In this document: in pieces, positions 24,201 to 36,229 of the stretch
Numbering within the stretch: position 1 is the first letter of the stretch
Layout of the letters: the number at the start of each line of letters is the position of its first letter
Origin: Pristiophorus japonicus
Lineage: Eukaryota
Direction of reading: 5' to 3'
Assembly (NCBI RefSeq): GCF_044704955.1
Contig: NC_091979.1
Coordinates: 276,148,001-276,212,000 of the forward strand
Length of the DNA: 64,000 nt
Translations under genes and position numbers: made by a program
The notes under the pieces: generated by a model
What the model was told of the DNA's origin: nothing
The model's input: the letters and a program-made list of their open reading frames with translations, nothing else
Databases searched by the model: none

Positions 24201-27200
24201 ACCATATTATGGTTACTCTTCCCCAAAGGGCCTCACACAACAAGATTGTTAATTAGTCCTTTCTCATTACACATCACCCAGTCTATGATGGCCAGCCCTC
24301 TAGTTGGTTCCGTGACATATTGGTCCAGAAAACCATCCCTAATACACTCCAGAAAATTCCTCCTCCACCGTATTGTTACCAGTTTGGTTAGCCCAATCTA
24401 TATGTAGATTAACCTGTCACTCACTGTGTATGTGTTTCTCACTCACTGTGTATGTGTTTCTCACTCACTGTGTGTGTTTCTCACTCACTTACCCTGCCAC
24501 TCACTGACCCTGTCACTCTGTGTGTGTGTGTGTTTCTCACTCACTGACCCTGTCACTCTGTGTGTATGTGTGTTTCTCACTCACTGACCCCGTCACTCTG
24601 TGTGTATTTCTCACTCACTGACCCTGTCACTGTGTGTGTTTCTCACTCACTGACCCTGTCACTCACTGTGTGTGTGTTTCTCACTCACTGATCATGTCAC
24701 TCACTGTGTGTGTGTTTCTCACTCACTGACCCTTCACTCACTGACCCTCTCACTCACTGATTTTCTCACTCACTGACCATCACTCTGTGTGCGTTTCTCA
24801 CTCACTGACCCCGTCACTCACTGTATGTGTGTGTTTCTCACTCACTGACCCTGTCACTCTATGTATGTGTGTGTGTATGTGTTTCTCACTCACTGACTCT
24901 GTCACTCTGTATGTATGTGTGTGTCTCACTCACTGACCCTGTCACTCTGTGTGTGTATGTGTATGTGTTTCTCACTCACTGACCCTGTCACTCTGTATGT
25001 ATGTGTGTCTCACTCACTGACCCTGTCACTCTGTATATATGTGTGTGTCTCACTCACTGACCCTGTCACTGTGTATGTATGTGTGTGTGTGTGTCTCACT
25101 CACTGACCCTGTCACTGTGTGTGTATGTGTTTCTCACTCACTGATCCTGTCACTGTGTATGTGTGTGTGTTTCTCACTCACTGACCCTGTCACTCTGTAT
25201 GTATGTGTGTGTGTCTCACTCACTGACCCTGTCACTCTGTATGTATGTGTGTGTGTTTCTCACTCACTGATCCTGTCACTATGTATGTATGTGTTTCTCA
25301 CTGACTCAGTCACTCTGTATGTATGTGTTTCTCACTGACTCGGTCACTTTATGTATGTATGTATGTTTCTCACTCACTGACCCTGTCACTCTATATGTAT
25401 GTGTGTTTCTCACTCACTGACCCTGTCACTCTATGTATGTGTGTTTCTCACTCACTGACCCTGTCTCTCTGTATGTATGTGTGTGTGTCTCACTCACTGA
25501 CCCTGTCACTCTGTATATATGTGTGTGTCTCATTCACTGACCCTGTCACTCTGTATGTATGTGTGTGTGTTTCTCACTCACTGACCATGTCACTCTGTAT
25601 GTATGTGTTTTTCTCACTCACTCTGTCACTCTATATGTATGTGTTTCTCACTCACTGACCCTGTCACTCTGTATGTATGTGTTTCTCACTCACTGATCCT
25701 GTCACTTTATGTATGTATATGTGTTTCTCATTCACTGATCCTGTCACTATGTATGTATGTGTTTCTCACTGACTCAGTCACTCTGTATGTATGTGTTTCT
25801 CACTGACTCGGTCACTTTATGTATGTATGTATGTTTCTCACTCACTGACCCTGTCACTCTATATGTATGTGTGTTTCTCACTCACTGACCCTGTCACTCT
25901 ATGTATGTGTGTTTCTCACTCACTGACCCTGTCACCCTGTATGTATGTGTTTTTCTCACTCACTAGCCCGTCACTCTATGTATGTGTGTTTCTCACTCAC
26001 TGACCCTGTCACTCTGTATGTATGTGTGTGTGTTTCTCACTCACTGATCCTGTCACTATGTATGTATGTGTTTCTCACTGACTCAGTCACTCTGTATGTA
26101 TGTGTTTCTCACTGACTCGGTCACTTTATGTATGTATGTATGTTTCTCACTCACTGACCCTGTCACTCTATATGTATGTGTGTTTCTCACTCACTGACCC
26201 TGTCACTCTATGTATGTGTGTTTCTCACTCACTGACCCTGTCACTCTGTATGTATGTGTGTGTGTCTCACTCACTGACCCTGTCACTCTGTATATATGTG
26301 TGTGTCTCACTCACTGACCCTGTCACTCTGTATGTATGTGTGTGTGTTTCTCACTCACTGACCATGTCACTCTGTATGTATGTGTTTTTCTCACTCACTC
26401 TGTCACTCTATATGTATGTGTTTCTCACTCACTGACCCTGTCACTCTGTATGTATGTGTTTCTCACTCACTGATCCTGTCACTTTATGTATGTATATGTG
26501 TTTCTCATTCACTGATCCTGTCACTATGTATGTATGTGTTTCTCACTGACTCAGTCACTCTGTATGTATGTGTTTCTCACTGACTCGGTCACTTTATGTA
26601 TGTATGTATGTTTCTCACTCACTGACCCTGTCACTCTATATGTATGTGTGTTTCTCACTCACTGACCCTGTCACTCTATGTATGTGTGTTTCTCACTCAC
26701 TGACCCTGTCACCCTGTATGTATGTGTTTTTCTCACTCACTAGCCCGTCACTCTATGTATGTGTGTTTCTCACTCACTGACCCTGTCACTCTGTATGTAT
26801 GTGTGTGTGTTTCTCACTCACTGATCCTGTCACTATGTATGTATGTGTTTCTCACTGACTCAGTCACTCTGTATGTATGTGTTTCTCACTGACTCGGTCA
26901 CTTTATGTATGTATGTATGTTTCTCACTCACTGACCCTGTCACTCTATATGTATGTGTGTTTCTCACTCACTGACCCTGTCACTCTATGTATGTGTGTTT
27001 CTCACTCACTGACCCTGTCACTCTGTATGTATGTGTGTGTGTCTCACTCACTGACCCTGTCACTCTGTATATATGTGTGTGTCTCACTCACTGACCCTGT
27101 CACTCTGTATGTATGTGTGTGTGTTTCTCACTCACTGACCATGTCACTCTGTATGTATGTGTTTTTCTCACTCACTCTGTCACTCTATATGTATGTGTTT

Positions 27201-28225
27201 CTCACTCACTGACCCTGTCACTCTGTATGTATGTGTTTCTCACTCACTGATCCTGTCACTTTATGTATGTATATGTGTTTCTCATTCACTGATCCTGTCA
27301 CTATGTATGTATGTGTTTCTCACTGACTCAGTCACTCTGTATGTATGTGTTTCTCACTGACTCGGTCACTTTATGTATGTATGTATGTTTCTCACTCACT
27401 GACCCTGTCACTCTATATGTATGTGTGTTTCTCACTCACTGACCCTGTCACCCTGTATGTATGTGTTTTTCTCACTCACTAGCCCGTCACTCTATGTATG
27501 TGTGTTTCTCACTCACTGACCCTGTCACTCTGTAGGTATGTGTTTCTCACTCACTGACCCTGTCACTCTGTATGTGTGTGTGTTTCTCACTCACTGACCC
27601 TGTCACTCTGTATGTGTGTGTTTCTCACTCACTGACCCTGTCACTCTGTATGTGTGTGTGTTTCTCACTCACTGGCCCATCACTCTGTATGTATGTGTTT
27701 CTCACTCACTGACCCTGTCACTCTGTAGGTATGTGTGTGTGTTTCTCACTCACTGACCCTGTCACTCTGTAGGTATGTGTGTGTGTTTCTCACTCACTGA
27801 CCCTGTCACTCTGTAGGCATGTGTGTGTGTTTCTCACTCACTGACCCTGTCACTCTGTAGGTATGTGTGTGTGTTTCTCACTCACTGACCCTGTCACTCT
27901 GTAGGTATGTGTGTGTGTTTCTCACTCACTGACCCTGTCACTCTGTATGTATGTGTGTTTCTCACTCACTGACACTGTCACTCTGTAGGTATGTGTGTGT
28001 GTTTCTCACTCACTGACCCTGTCACTCTGTATGTGTGTGTGTTTCTCACTCACTGACCCTGTCACTCTGTAGGTATGTGTGTGTGTTTCTCACTCACTGA
28101 CCCTGTCACTCTGTATGTGTGTGTGTTTCTCACTCACTGACCCTGTCACTCTGTAGGTATGTGTGTGTGTTTCTCACTCACTGACCCTGTCACTCTGTAT
28201 GTGTGTGTGTTTCTCACTCACTGAC
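21205..28225. repeat. Satellite with a ~35-42 bp unit, tttctcactcactgaccctgtcactc(tg/tatg)n; interrupted by a CR1; 777-bp higher-order repeat at ~25230-27500
   Basis: Unit read directly; near-identical ORF peptides recur at 25323/26100/26877, 25603/26380/27157 and 25791/26568. Confidence 0.97.
21935..24412 (-). mobile_element. CR1 LINE (~2.5 kb, 5'-truncated ORF2) inserted into the satellite
   Basis: Continuous ORF2 peptides with frameshifts; catagaaacatagaaa tail; splits one unit at actgac|cctgtcac. Confidence 0.95.
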
Positions 28226-28244
28226 AGCTGGCCTATGACCTCAC

Positions 28245-28330
28245 CGGGATGCAGGGTCTCGCGAGGCCGCTGGTTCAATTTGGGGTCGAAGTTCGCGGGC
28301 GGTGCTCTTCTCCAAATCGTAATCGTAAGA
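28245..28330 (-). other. UROS: Probable non-coding UROS exon 1 (transcription start uncertain)
   Basis: Minus-strand donor CCG|GTGAGG at 28244 inside the CpG-rich segment, head-to-head with BCCIP as in human; upper boundary is approximate. Confidence 0.55.
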
Positions 28331-28495
28331 GTTAATCAGTCATTAATAATTGGGAGCGCGTTGCATCAAAGGATCATGTTCAGTGGAAACGAGACTGGCT
28401 GACGGATTGGCTGCGGTAAATACTCGCTCCGCGACCAGGAGGCTCCTGGAACAGACCCACTTCCGCTGACGTTTGCGCGCTGAAAGATGGCGTCG
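28245..28495. promoter_or_regulatory. Bidirectional CpG-rich UROS/BCCIP promoter
   Basis: TCTCGCGAGG 28257-28266 (CGCG/BANP-type element), ATTGG 28406-28410, CACTTCCG ETS/GABP 28458-28465, TGACGT 28467-28472, YY1 AAGATGGCG 28484-28492 spanning the BCCIP ATG. Confidence 0.8.
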
Positions 28496-28603
28496 TGCAC
28501 GAAGCGACGGGCGACCGAGCCACGGCGCGAGGAGTCGGAGGAGAGCGAGTCGGGGGAAGGGTCCGAGGTCAGCAGCGAGGAATCGGTGGAAGACCTACAG
28601 GAG
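28487..28603 (+). CDS. BCCIP: BRCA2 and CDKN1A-interacting protein exon 1 (MASCTKRRATEPRREESEESESGEGSEVSSEESVEDLQE)
   Basis: MASxxKRRA plus acidic tract as in human; aagATGG context; GTGAGG donor. Confidence 0.93.
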
Positions 28604-28939
28604 GTGAGGCGCTGAGGGGAGCCGCTCAACCGCCGCCTCTCGCGGGCCCGCGCGCGTCCAACCGCGAGAAGCAGCTCGAGCGCAGCGGCCGCGAGATCCA
28701 TAAACACGTGGGCAGGAACGCGTGGCACAACGCAGAGCGAGAGAGAGTAGCCCGCACGGCGAGGGTGGGTGGGGAGAGATGCACTTGGGGGACTGTATTT
28801 TCTAGGTCCAATCCGGGGACACACAGGGTGGTGGGAGCGCAACAAAGTAGCCAGAACGAAAAATGTAGGTCATGCAGCCCAGCAATAATTTTTTTTTTAG
28901 CTGCTTGCATTTTAACAGTTGCACCACATACACTGCAAA

Positions 28940-29110
28940 TGTCCGCAGTGGCTCAGTGGGTAGCACGTTTGCCTCTTGAGTCAGAAGGCTGTGGCTTCAA
29001 GACCCACTTCAGAGACTTGAGCACAAAAATCTAGGCAGATCGTCCAGTGCGGTACTGAGGGCGTGCTGTGCTGTCGGAGGTGCCATCTTTCGGATGAGGT
29101 GTTAAACTGC
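28940..29110 (+). mobile_element. Deu-SINE 5' fragment
   Basis: tRNA-like head gtggctcagtgggtagcac; similar to the copies at 1822 and 41926. Confidence 0.75.
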
Positions 29111-29139
29111 CAGAGTGACTATTTGCACTCGTTTTTTTG

Positions 29140-29255
29140 TGTGTCTGCGCATGCGCATGCCCTTTGAGCATAGGCCCTCGATTCGGCCGCGCATGTGCGG
29201 AGCGACATACAAGGAAGTCGGAAGTGGGAGCCATGCAACAAGCCACGTGGAACTG
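29140..29255. promoter_or_regulatory. Intronic cluster of NRF1, ETS and E-box motifs
   Basis: TGCGCATGCGCATGC ~29146-29160; tandem GGAAGT ~29213-29226; CCACGTGG ~29243-29250. Confidence 0.5.
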
Positions 29256-29817
29256 GATTTGCTTCTAGCTTTTGCATTATTTGGAACATTTTCGCGGCCT
29301 TCTGTGGGAGAGAAAACATCGGAGAAAGTGGGGTGGGAGAGAGAGAGATGGCGGGGGAGGAGAGAAATTAGGTGCAGGAGTAGGCCATTCAGCCCTTCAA
29401 GCCTGCACCGCCATTCAATAAGATCATGGCTGATCATTCCGGGAAGATGGATCACGTTCTTCCAAACCCCTTTACACCCACACCCGATATCTCGGAAAGC
29501 TCGGTGCGTGTGTGACAAGGGATATCATTGGTGTGGATGAAATCCGGAAGTCATGAACTGTCACTATTCACTTCATACCCAATAAACCTGTTAACAATCC
29601 GTGACCCCCACACAATACCCATCTATGGCTGCGGGGGCGGGGGGGATGGTGTGTGTAAGGTCAGAAACTTGTGATGGGGTATGGAATTTAGGCTGAGGGT
29701 GTCAGGAACTTGGGTTGGCGATTCCCAAGACCTATGCCAAGGCTTTTATTCAATGGCTTGTGCTTCAGTCCCTCGAGATGGTAGTGGATTTGCGGTGTTG
29801 CTTTGCTACTTTTCCTG

Positions 29818-32800
29818 TGTTATATATGTAAACCTGTATATACCTTGTGTAGCCACCAGAGGGCTCATCCCCTGAAATCCCAAGGGATCCCACAATCCCT
29901 TGGGAGCACCTGTACTTAAGGAGGCCTCACAGGCTGGAGAGGCACTCTGGTGACCTGCAATAAAAGACTACGGTCACACTTTACTTTGAGCTCGCAGTAT
30001 CTAGTCAGACTCTTTATTCGTACATAACAACTGGCGACGAGATACAGACGATGAACCCAACGATGCCAAGAACAGTGGGCATCCTGGAGAAATTTTCGGA
30101 GGGAGATGATTGGGAAACCTTCGTGGAGTGACTCGACCAATATTTCGTGGCCAACGAGCTGGAAGGAGAAGCGAACGCTGCCAAACAAAGGGCGATTCTC
30201 CTTACTGTTTGCGGGGCACCAACGTATGGCCTCATGAAAAATCTGCTTGCTCCAGAGAAATCGTACAATGATTTGTGCACACTGGTCCGGGAGCATCTGA
30301 ACCCGAAGGAAAGCGTTCTGATGGCGAGGTACAGGTTTTACACCTACAAAAGATCTGAAGGCCAGGAAGTGGCGAGCTATGTCGCCGAGCTGAGACGCCT
30401 TGCAGGACATTGCGAATTTGAAGGACATTTGGAGCACATGCTCAGGGACTTCTTCGTACTTGGCATTGGCCATGAAGTGATACTTCGCAAACTTTTGACT
30501 GTAGAGACCCCAACCTTGATTAAAGCCACAGCGATAGCCCAGGTGTTCATTGCCACCAGTGACAATACTAAGCAAATCTCTCAGTACACGAGTGCTGCTA
30601 CAAGTACTGTGAACAAAATGATGATTTCAAATCGCAACGTACAGGGCAGGCCCCACATGCCTACAGCTGCACGTCCACAGATGTCTCAGAGTCCATCATC
30701 AAGGGTGATGAATGCAAGGCCATTAACACCTTGTTGGCACTGCGGGGGTGATCATTTCCATTCATGCCGCTTCAAAGGTACATTTGCAAGGGCTGTGGAA
30801 CAATGGGACACCTCCAACGTATGTGCAGGCGAGCTGCTAATCCTGCAAACCACCATGTTGCAGAGGAGGTCAGATCCACGGCAGATCACAACGAACCAGA
30901 GCGTCAGACCGAGGAGGCAGAGATATATGGGGTGCACACATTTACCACAAAGTCCTCCCCAATAATGCTGAAGGTTGAATTAAATGGACTCTCGATGTCA
31001 ATGGAGCTGGACACGGGCGCGAGCCAGTCCATTATGAGCAAAAAGACTTTCGATAAATTGTGGTGTAAGGCTTTCAAAGCCAGTCCTGACTCCCATTCGC
31101 ACTAAACTGAGAACTTACACAAAGGAACTAATTCCTGTAATCGGCAGTGCGACTGTTAAGGTCTCCTACAATGGAGCGCTGCACAAGCTACCACTCTGGG
31201 TGGTACCGGGCTATGGTCCCACGCTGATCAGCAGGAGCTGGCTGGGAAAGATACGCTGGAACTGGGACAACGTTCCGAGCGCTCTCGTCCGTTGACGACA
31301 CTTCATGTGTCCAGGTCTTAAACAAGTTCCCCTCGCTTTTCGAACCAGGCATCGCAGTTTCAAGGAGCAAAAGTGCAGATCCACTTAATTCCTGGGTTGC
31401 GACCCATCCATCACAAGGCGAGAGCAGTACCGTACATGATAAAGGGTGGAGATCGAGCTGAACCGACTGCAACAAGAGGGCATCATTTCGCCGATCAAAT
31501 TCAACGAGTGGGCCAGTCCGATTGTTCCAGTCCTCAAGGGAGACGGCACCGTCAGAATTTGTGGCGATTACAAAGTAACTATCGATTGTTTCTCCCTGCA
31601 GGATCAATACCCGCTCCCAAAGGCAGCTGACCTTTTTGCAACGCTGGCGGGAGGAAAGACGTTGACCTCAGCCTACATGACACATGAGCTGGAGGGGTCA
31701 CCGAAGGGCCTCATCTGTATCAACACGCACAAAGGTCTCTATTTAAAACAGATGCCCATTTGGAATTCGATATTCCAGAGAGACATGGAAAGCTTACTGA
31801 AGTCGGTCTCGTGCACGGTGGTCTTCCAGGACGACATCTTGGTTACAGGTTCGGACACAGTTGAGCATCTGCAGAACCTGGAGGAGGTTCTTAGTCGACT
31901 CAACCGCGTGGGGCTCAGGTTAAAACGCTCGAAGTGTGTTTTCCTGGCGCCTGAAGTGGAGTTCCTGGGGAGAAGAATCGCGGCGGATGGCATCAGGCCC
32001 ACCGATTCGAAGACTGAGGCAATTGAGAAAGCACCGAGGCCACAATGTGATGGCGCTGCGGTCGTTTCTAGGGCTCCTGAACTACTTTGGTAACTTCTTA
32101 CTGGGTCTCAGCACACTGTTAGAACCACTGCACGCCTTACTGTGTAAAGGAGACGAATGGGTGTGGGGTAAAAGCCAAGAAAATGCCTTTGTAAAAACTA
32201 GAAAATTGTTATGCTCAAACAAATTGCTTGTGTGGTATGATTCGTGTAAGCAATTGGTACTAGCATGTGATGCGTCATCGTACGGGGTCGGGTGTGTATT
32301 GCAACAAGCTAATGAATCTGGGAAATTGCAACTGGTTGCTTATGCATCCAGAAGTCTGTCTAAGGATGAGAACCTACAGCATGATTGAAAAATAAGCATT
32401 AGCGTGTGTTATTGGGGTAAAGAAAATGCATCAATATCTGTTTGGGCTCAAGTTTGAATTGGAAACTGACCATAAGCCTCTGATATATCTTTTTTTTTTC
32501 CGAGAGTAAAGGGATAAATACAAATGCATCGGCCCGCATCCAGAGATGGGTGGTCCTCATGCAACTATGCCATCCACCACAGGCCAGGCACAGAAAACTC
32601 TGCCAATGCTCAGTAGGCTGCCATTGCCCACCACGGTGGTGGAAATGACACAGCCTGCAGATTTAGTCATGGTAATGGGAGTATTCGAGAGTGAGCAATC
32701 ACCCGTTACCGCCCAACAGATTAGAACCTGTCCCTCGTAAAAAATTGTGTGCTTCACGGGAGCTGGTCCCAGTGGAAATGCAGGAAGAGATAAAGCTGTA

Positions 32801-34211
32801 CCAGCGGCGCAAAGATGAAATGTCATACAGGCAGACTGCCTTCTGTGGGGTAATCGGATAGTGGTCCCCAAGAAGGGCGGGGACACTTTCATCAATGATC
32901 TCCACAGTACTCACCCAGGCATTATAATGATGAAAGCGATAGCCAGAACCCACACGTGGTGGGCCGGTATCGATGTGGACTTACATTTGTGCACGCAGGA
33001 ATCTAACACGTGCTCGCAGTTAAGCAATGCACCCAGGGAGGCGCCACTAAGTTTATGGTCTTGGCCCTCCAAACCGTGGTCCAGGGTCCATGTCGACTAT
33101 GTAGGCCCGTTTTTGGTTAAAATGTTCCTAGTGGTTGTAGATGCGTACTCCAAATGGATTGAGTGTGAGATCATGTTGGCAAGCACGTCCGCTGCCACCA
33201 CTGAAACCTTGCGGGCCACGTTTGCCACGCAGGGCCTGCCTGATGTCCTTGTGAGCGACAACGGGCCATGTTTCACCAGTGCCGAGTTCAAAGAGTTCAT
33301 GATCCGTAATGGGATCAAACAGGTTACATCTGCCCCGTTCAAACCAGCATCCAATGGTCAGGCAGAGAGAGCAGTGCAAACCATCAAGCAGAGCTTGAAG
33401 AGGGTAACTGAAGGCTCACTGCAGACTCACCTATCCCGAGTCCTGCTTAGCTACTGCACGAGACCCCACTCGCTCACTGGGATTCAACCCGCTGAACTGC
33501 TCATGAAAAGAGCATTTAAGACAAGGCTCTCGTGAGTCCACCCTGATCTACGTGAACAGGTAGAGAGCAGGCAGCTTCAACAAAGTACATATCATGATAG
33601 CGGAAATGTGTCACGCGAAATTGAAATCAATGATTCTGTATTTGTGTTGTACTACGGACAAGGTCCCAAGTGGCTTCCCAGCACTGTTGTGACCAAAGAG
33701 GGGAGTAGGGTGTTTCGGGTCAAACTTTCAAATGGACTCATCCACCGGAAACACTTGGACCAAATCAATTCACGGACTATACAGAGCAATGGACCCTACC
33801 TTCTTTGACCCCCCAACATACACACCAGTGGCAACTGACACCGCGGTTGACCACAAAGCAGAACCCATCACCCGCAGCAGCCCAGCAGGACTCACCACAC
33901 CAGGCAGCCCAGCAAGGCCAGCTGCACAGCAGCCCAGCGAGGGCCCAACAAACGATTCTACAAAACCAGCATTTGCACCGAGACGATCAACCAGGGAAAG
34001 AAAGGCCCCAGATCGACTCCCCTTGTAAATAGTTACACTTTTGACTTTGGTGGGGAGGGGGGAGGGGGGCGGGGGAGTGTTATATATGTAAACCTGTATA
34101 TACCTTGTGTATCCACCAGAGGACTCATCCCCTGGCATCCCAAGGGATCCCAAGGTCACATTTTACCTTGAGCTCACAGTATCTAGTCAGACTCTTTATT
34201 CATACATAACA
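29818..34211 (+). mobile_element. Ty3/Gypsy LTR retrotransposon, near full-length but disabled
   Basis: 5' LTR 29818-30029 and 3' LTR 34078-34211 (TGTTA...TAACA); PBS TGGCGACGAG at 30032; PPT ~34052-34077; order gag, protease LDTGA, RT FQDD, RNase H DASSYGVG, integrase. Confidence 0.95.
30051..33535 (+). pseudogene. Gypsy gag-pol, broken by stops and frameshifts
   Basis: In-frame TGA in gag near 30129; pol split across ORFs at 30764, 31446, 31936 and 32861; integrase HVDY, SDNG and SNGQAER motifs. Confidence 0.9.
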
Positions 34212-34842
34212 CCGTTATTTTTGTCACGCATTATATTCCTCCCCCCTCTCCCCAAGCGGGAAATTGGAGAAGTGTGCCCAGTGAGGGGTGGCCCTGGGGC
34301 AAACCGGTATCGACCAATGAGATGTGTTACCTGTCCCCGAGTTCCGCTTCCAATAGACTACACAGTCATCACACCTGCGCAAACACAGCCGCCCCATTGG
34401 CCAGCACTCGCCCTCCACTTTGTCCTTTCATTGGTCCAAACCGAAGCCAATTCGGTCAAAGCCAAACTGTGGTCACAAACCGTGATACGCCCTTTCATTA
34501 GGTCAAACTGAATCCAATCCGGTCAAAGTAATTCAGCTGCAACAAACTGTGATCCGCACTTTCATTGGTCCATCTCTGCCAATGGGCAGCAAATCTGTTG
34601 ATCCCTGTGAGTCAGAGTGTGGGCGCGGATTTACATAAGCTGAAATTAGGATGAATGGAGCTGCTTCAAATAAAATGACAGCTAGGGTATTTGGGGATGA
34701 GTTTCGTGACCCATGGACTCTTCTGGGGACATTGCACGGGGTCACAGTAACTCATCTGGGGACTGTCCCCACAAAACAGGGACTTATGGCCACCCTGAGA
34801 TACACGGTGGGCGGGAAGAGGGATGCACCCGCACACTGGAGA

Positions 34843-35270
34843 TAAGGGGTTGACTTATGAAGATTGGTTGGGCCTATACACATTGGAGTGAAGAAGAAGG
34901 AGATGTGATCTTACTGAAACATACAAGATAATGAGAAGGTGAATGCAGAGAGGATATTTCCACTCATAGGGGAAACTAAAACTAGGGGACATAGTCTCAG
35001 AATAAGGGGCCGCCCATTTAAAACTGACATGAGGAATTTCTTCTCGGAGGGTTGTAAATCTATGGAATTATTTGCCCCAGAGAGCTGTGGAGGCTGGGTC
35101 ATTGAATATATTTAAGGCAGAGATAGACAGATTTTTGAGTGATCAGGGAGTAAAGGATTATGGGGAGCGGGCAGAGAAGTGGAGCTGAGTCCATGATCAG
35201 ATCAGCCATGATCTTATTGAATGACGGAGCAGGCTCGAGGGGTCAAATGGCCTACTCCTCCTATTTCTTA
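34843..35270 (+). mobile_element. CR1 3' fragment
   Basis: Same 3' UTR as other copies (gagctgagtccatgatcagatcagccatg). Confidence 0.88.
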
Positions 35271-35979
35271 CATTCACACACACATTGGGATGGGTGGGGG
35301 GAGAGAGAGAGATAAGACACATTTGGCAAGAGGTGGTGGGGAGAGGAGGGAAGAGATACACTCTCAGGGAGAGAGAGAGCGATACACACACACACGTGGG
35401 GTGGGTGGGTGGGGGGGGGGGCGGCAGAAGAGGTGGACATGGGGTTGCACTGTGACATGACATCTTGTGTTTGGGGAGGGCTTTGTCAAGATCATGAGAT
35501 ATACATTCAAGATTGGGCTGTTCTCCCATTAGCACACCCATAACAACTGAGACTCATTCGATGGAAGGACTTCATCATTTATTATTTAGATTTATAACCA
35601 TGATTGTACTGCTGGGTATTATTTCAGGATGTCCAAACAATGACCTGTGATTCATTCCCAGCCCTCGTGACCTGGCAGTTTGGCCGAAGAAGTTGAGATA
35701 ACTTGTATATGTGCTTATATTTCTTTGTCACTGGTGGAAATGTGGAAAGGGCTGTTTTTAGCACTGTCCTCTCATTCTAAATCAGAGCATCTGCTAGTAT
35801 CAGCAGTTTGAGATGTATGTGGATTAATGGAAACATTAATTTGAACTTTGGCCTACAAAGACACAGCATTTTTCCTTTCCATGGCTTCTCCTGATTTAAC
35901 TATTTATTGCAATGAATTTGGTTGTGGCTTGCAGTGATACTTTATAAAATGTTAACGATTGGTGTCATTGGCTCTACAG

Positions 35980-36054
35980 GAGGTGCAAGTAGATTTTGAA
36001 GCACATACCATATCTGACAATGATTATAATGGAATCAAGAGACTGCTACTACAG
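35980..36054 (+). CDS. BCCIP: BCCIP exon 2 (EVQVDFEAHTISDNDYNGIKRLLLQ)
   Basis: Matches EVNIEFEAYSLSDNDYDGIKKLLQQ; cag acceptor and GTAACT donor. Confidence 0.96.
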
Positions 36055-36148
36055 GTAACTTGGAAAATGTGAAAATATTTTCAAGTAGTAAATTAATGTA
36101 TGCTTACCACAGTTATAATGATGCATTCTGTTATCTTTTTGTTTGCAG

Positions 36149-36229
36149 TTATTTCTCAAGGCCAATGTAAACATCGCTGAACTAGCTGGCATCATTATAC
36201 AGCAAAATCATGTCGGAAGTGTTATTCGG
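36149..36229 (+). CDS. BCCIP: BCCIP exon 3 (LFLKANVNIAELAGIIIQQNHVGSVIR)
   Basis: LFLKA.VN and QQNH.GSVI motifs; AG/GT boundaries. Confidence 0.96.

Noticed and set aside
24915-27360. Recurrent Cys/Val-rich ORFs
   Set aside because: Translations of the satellite; useful only as markers of the 777-bp period.
21205-28225. Constant repeat with variable spacer resembling a CRISPR array
   Set aside because: The spacers are (TG/TATG)n microsatellite variants rather than unique sequences; there are no cas genes and the context is a vertebrate intron.
28940-29020. tRNA-like A/B boxes (also near 41930 and 2030-2098)
   Set aside because: These are SINE heads that continue into a shared SINE body; no complete cloverleaf is evident.
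28366-29034. ORFs of 159 and 179 aa over the promoter
   Set aside because: GC-rich antisense or off-frame readings over BCCIP exon 1 and intron 1.
30147-33535. Domesticated gag or integrase gene
   Set aside because: Multiple stops and frameshifts with both LTRs present indicate an ordinary decaying provirus.
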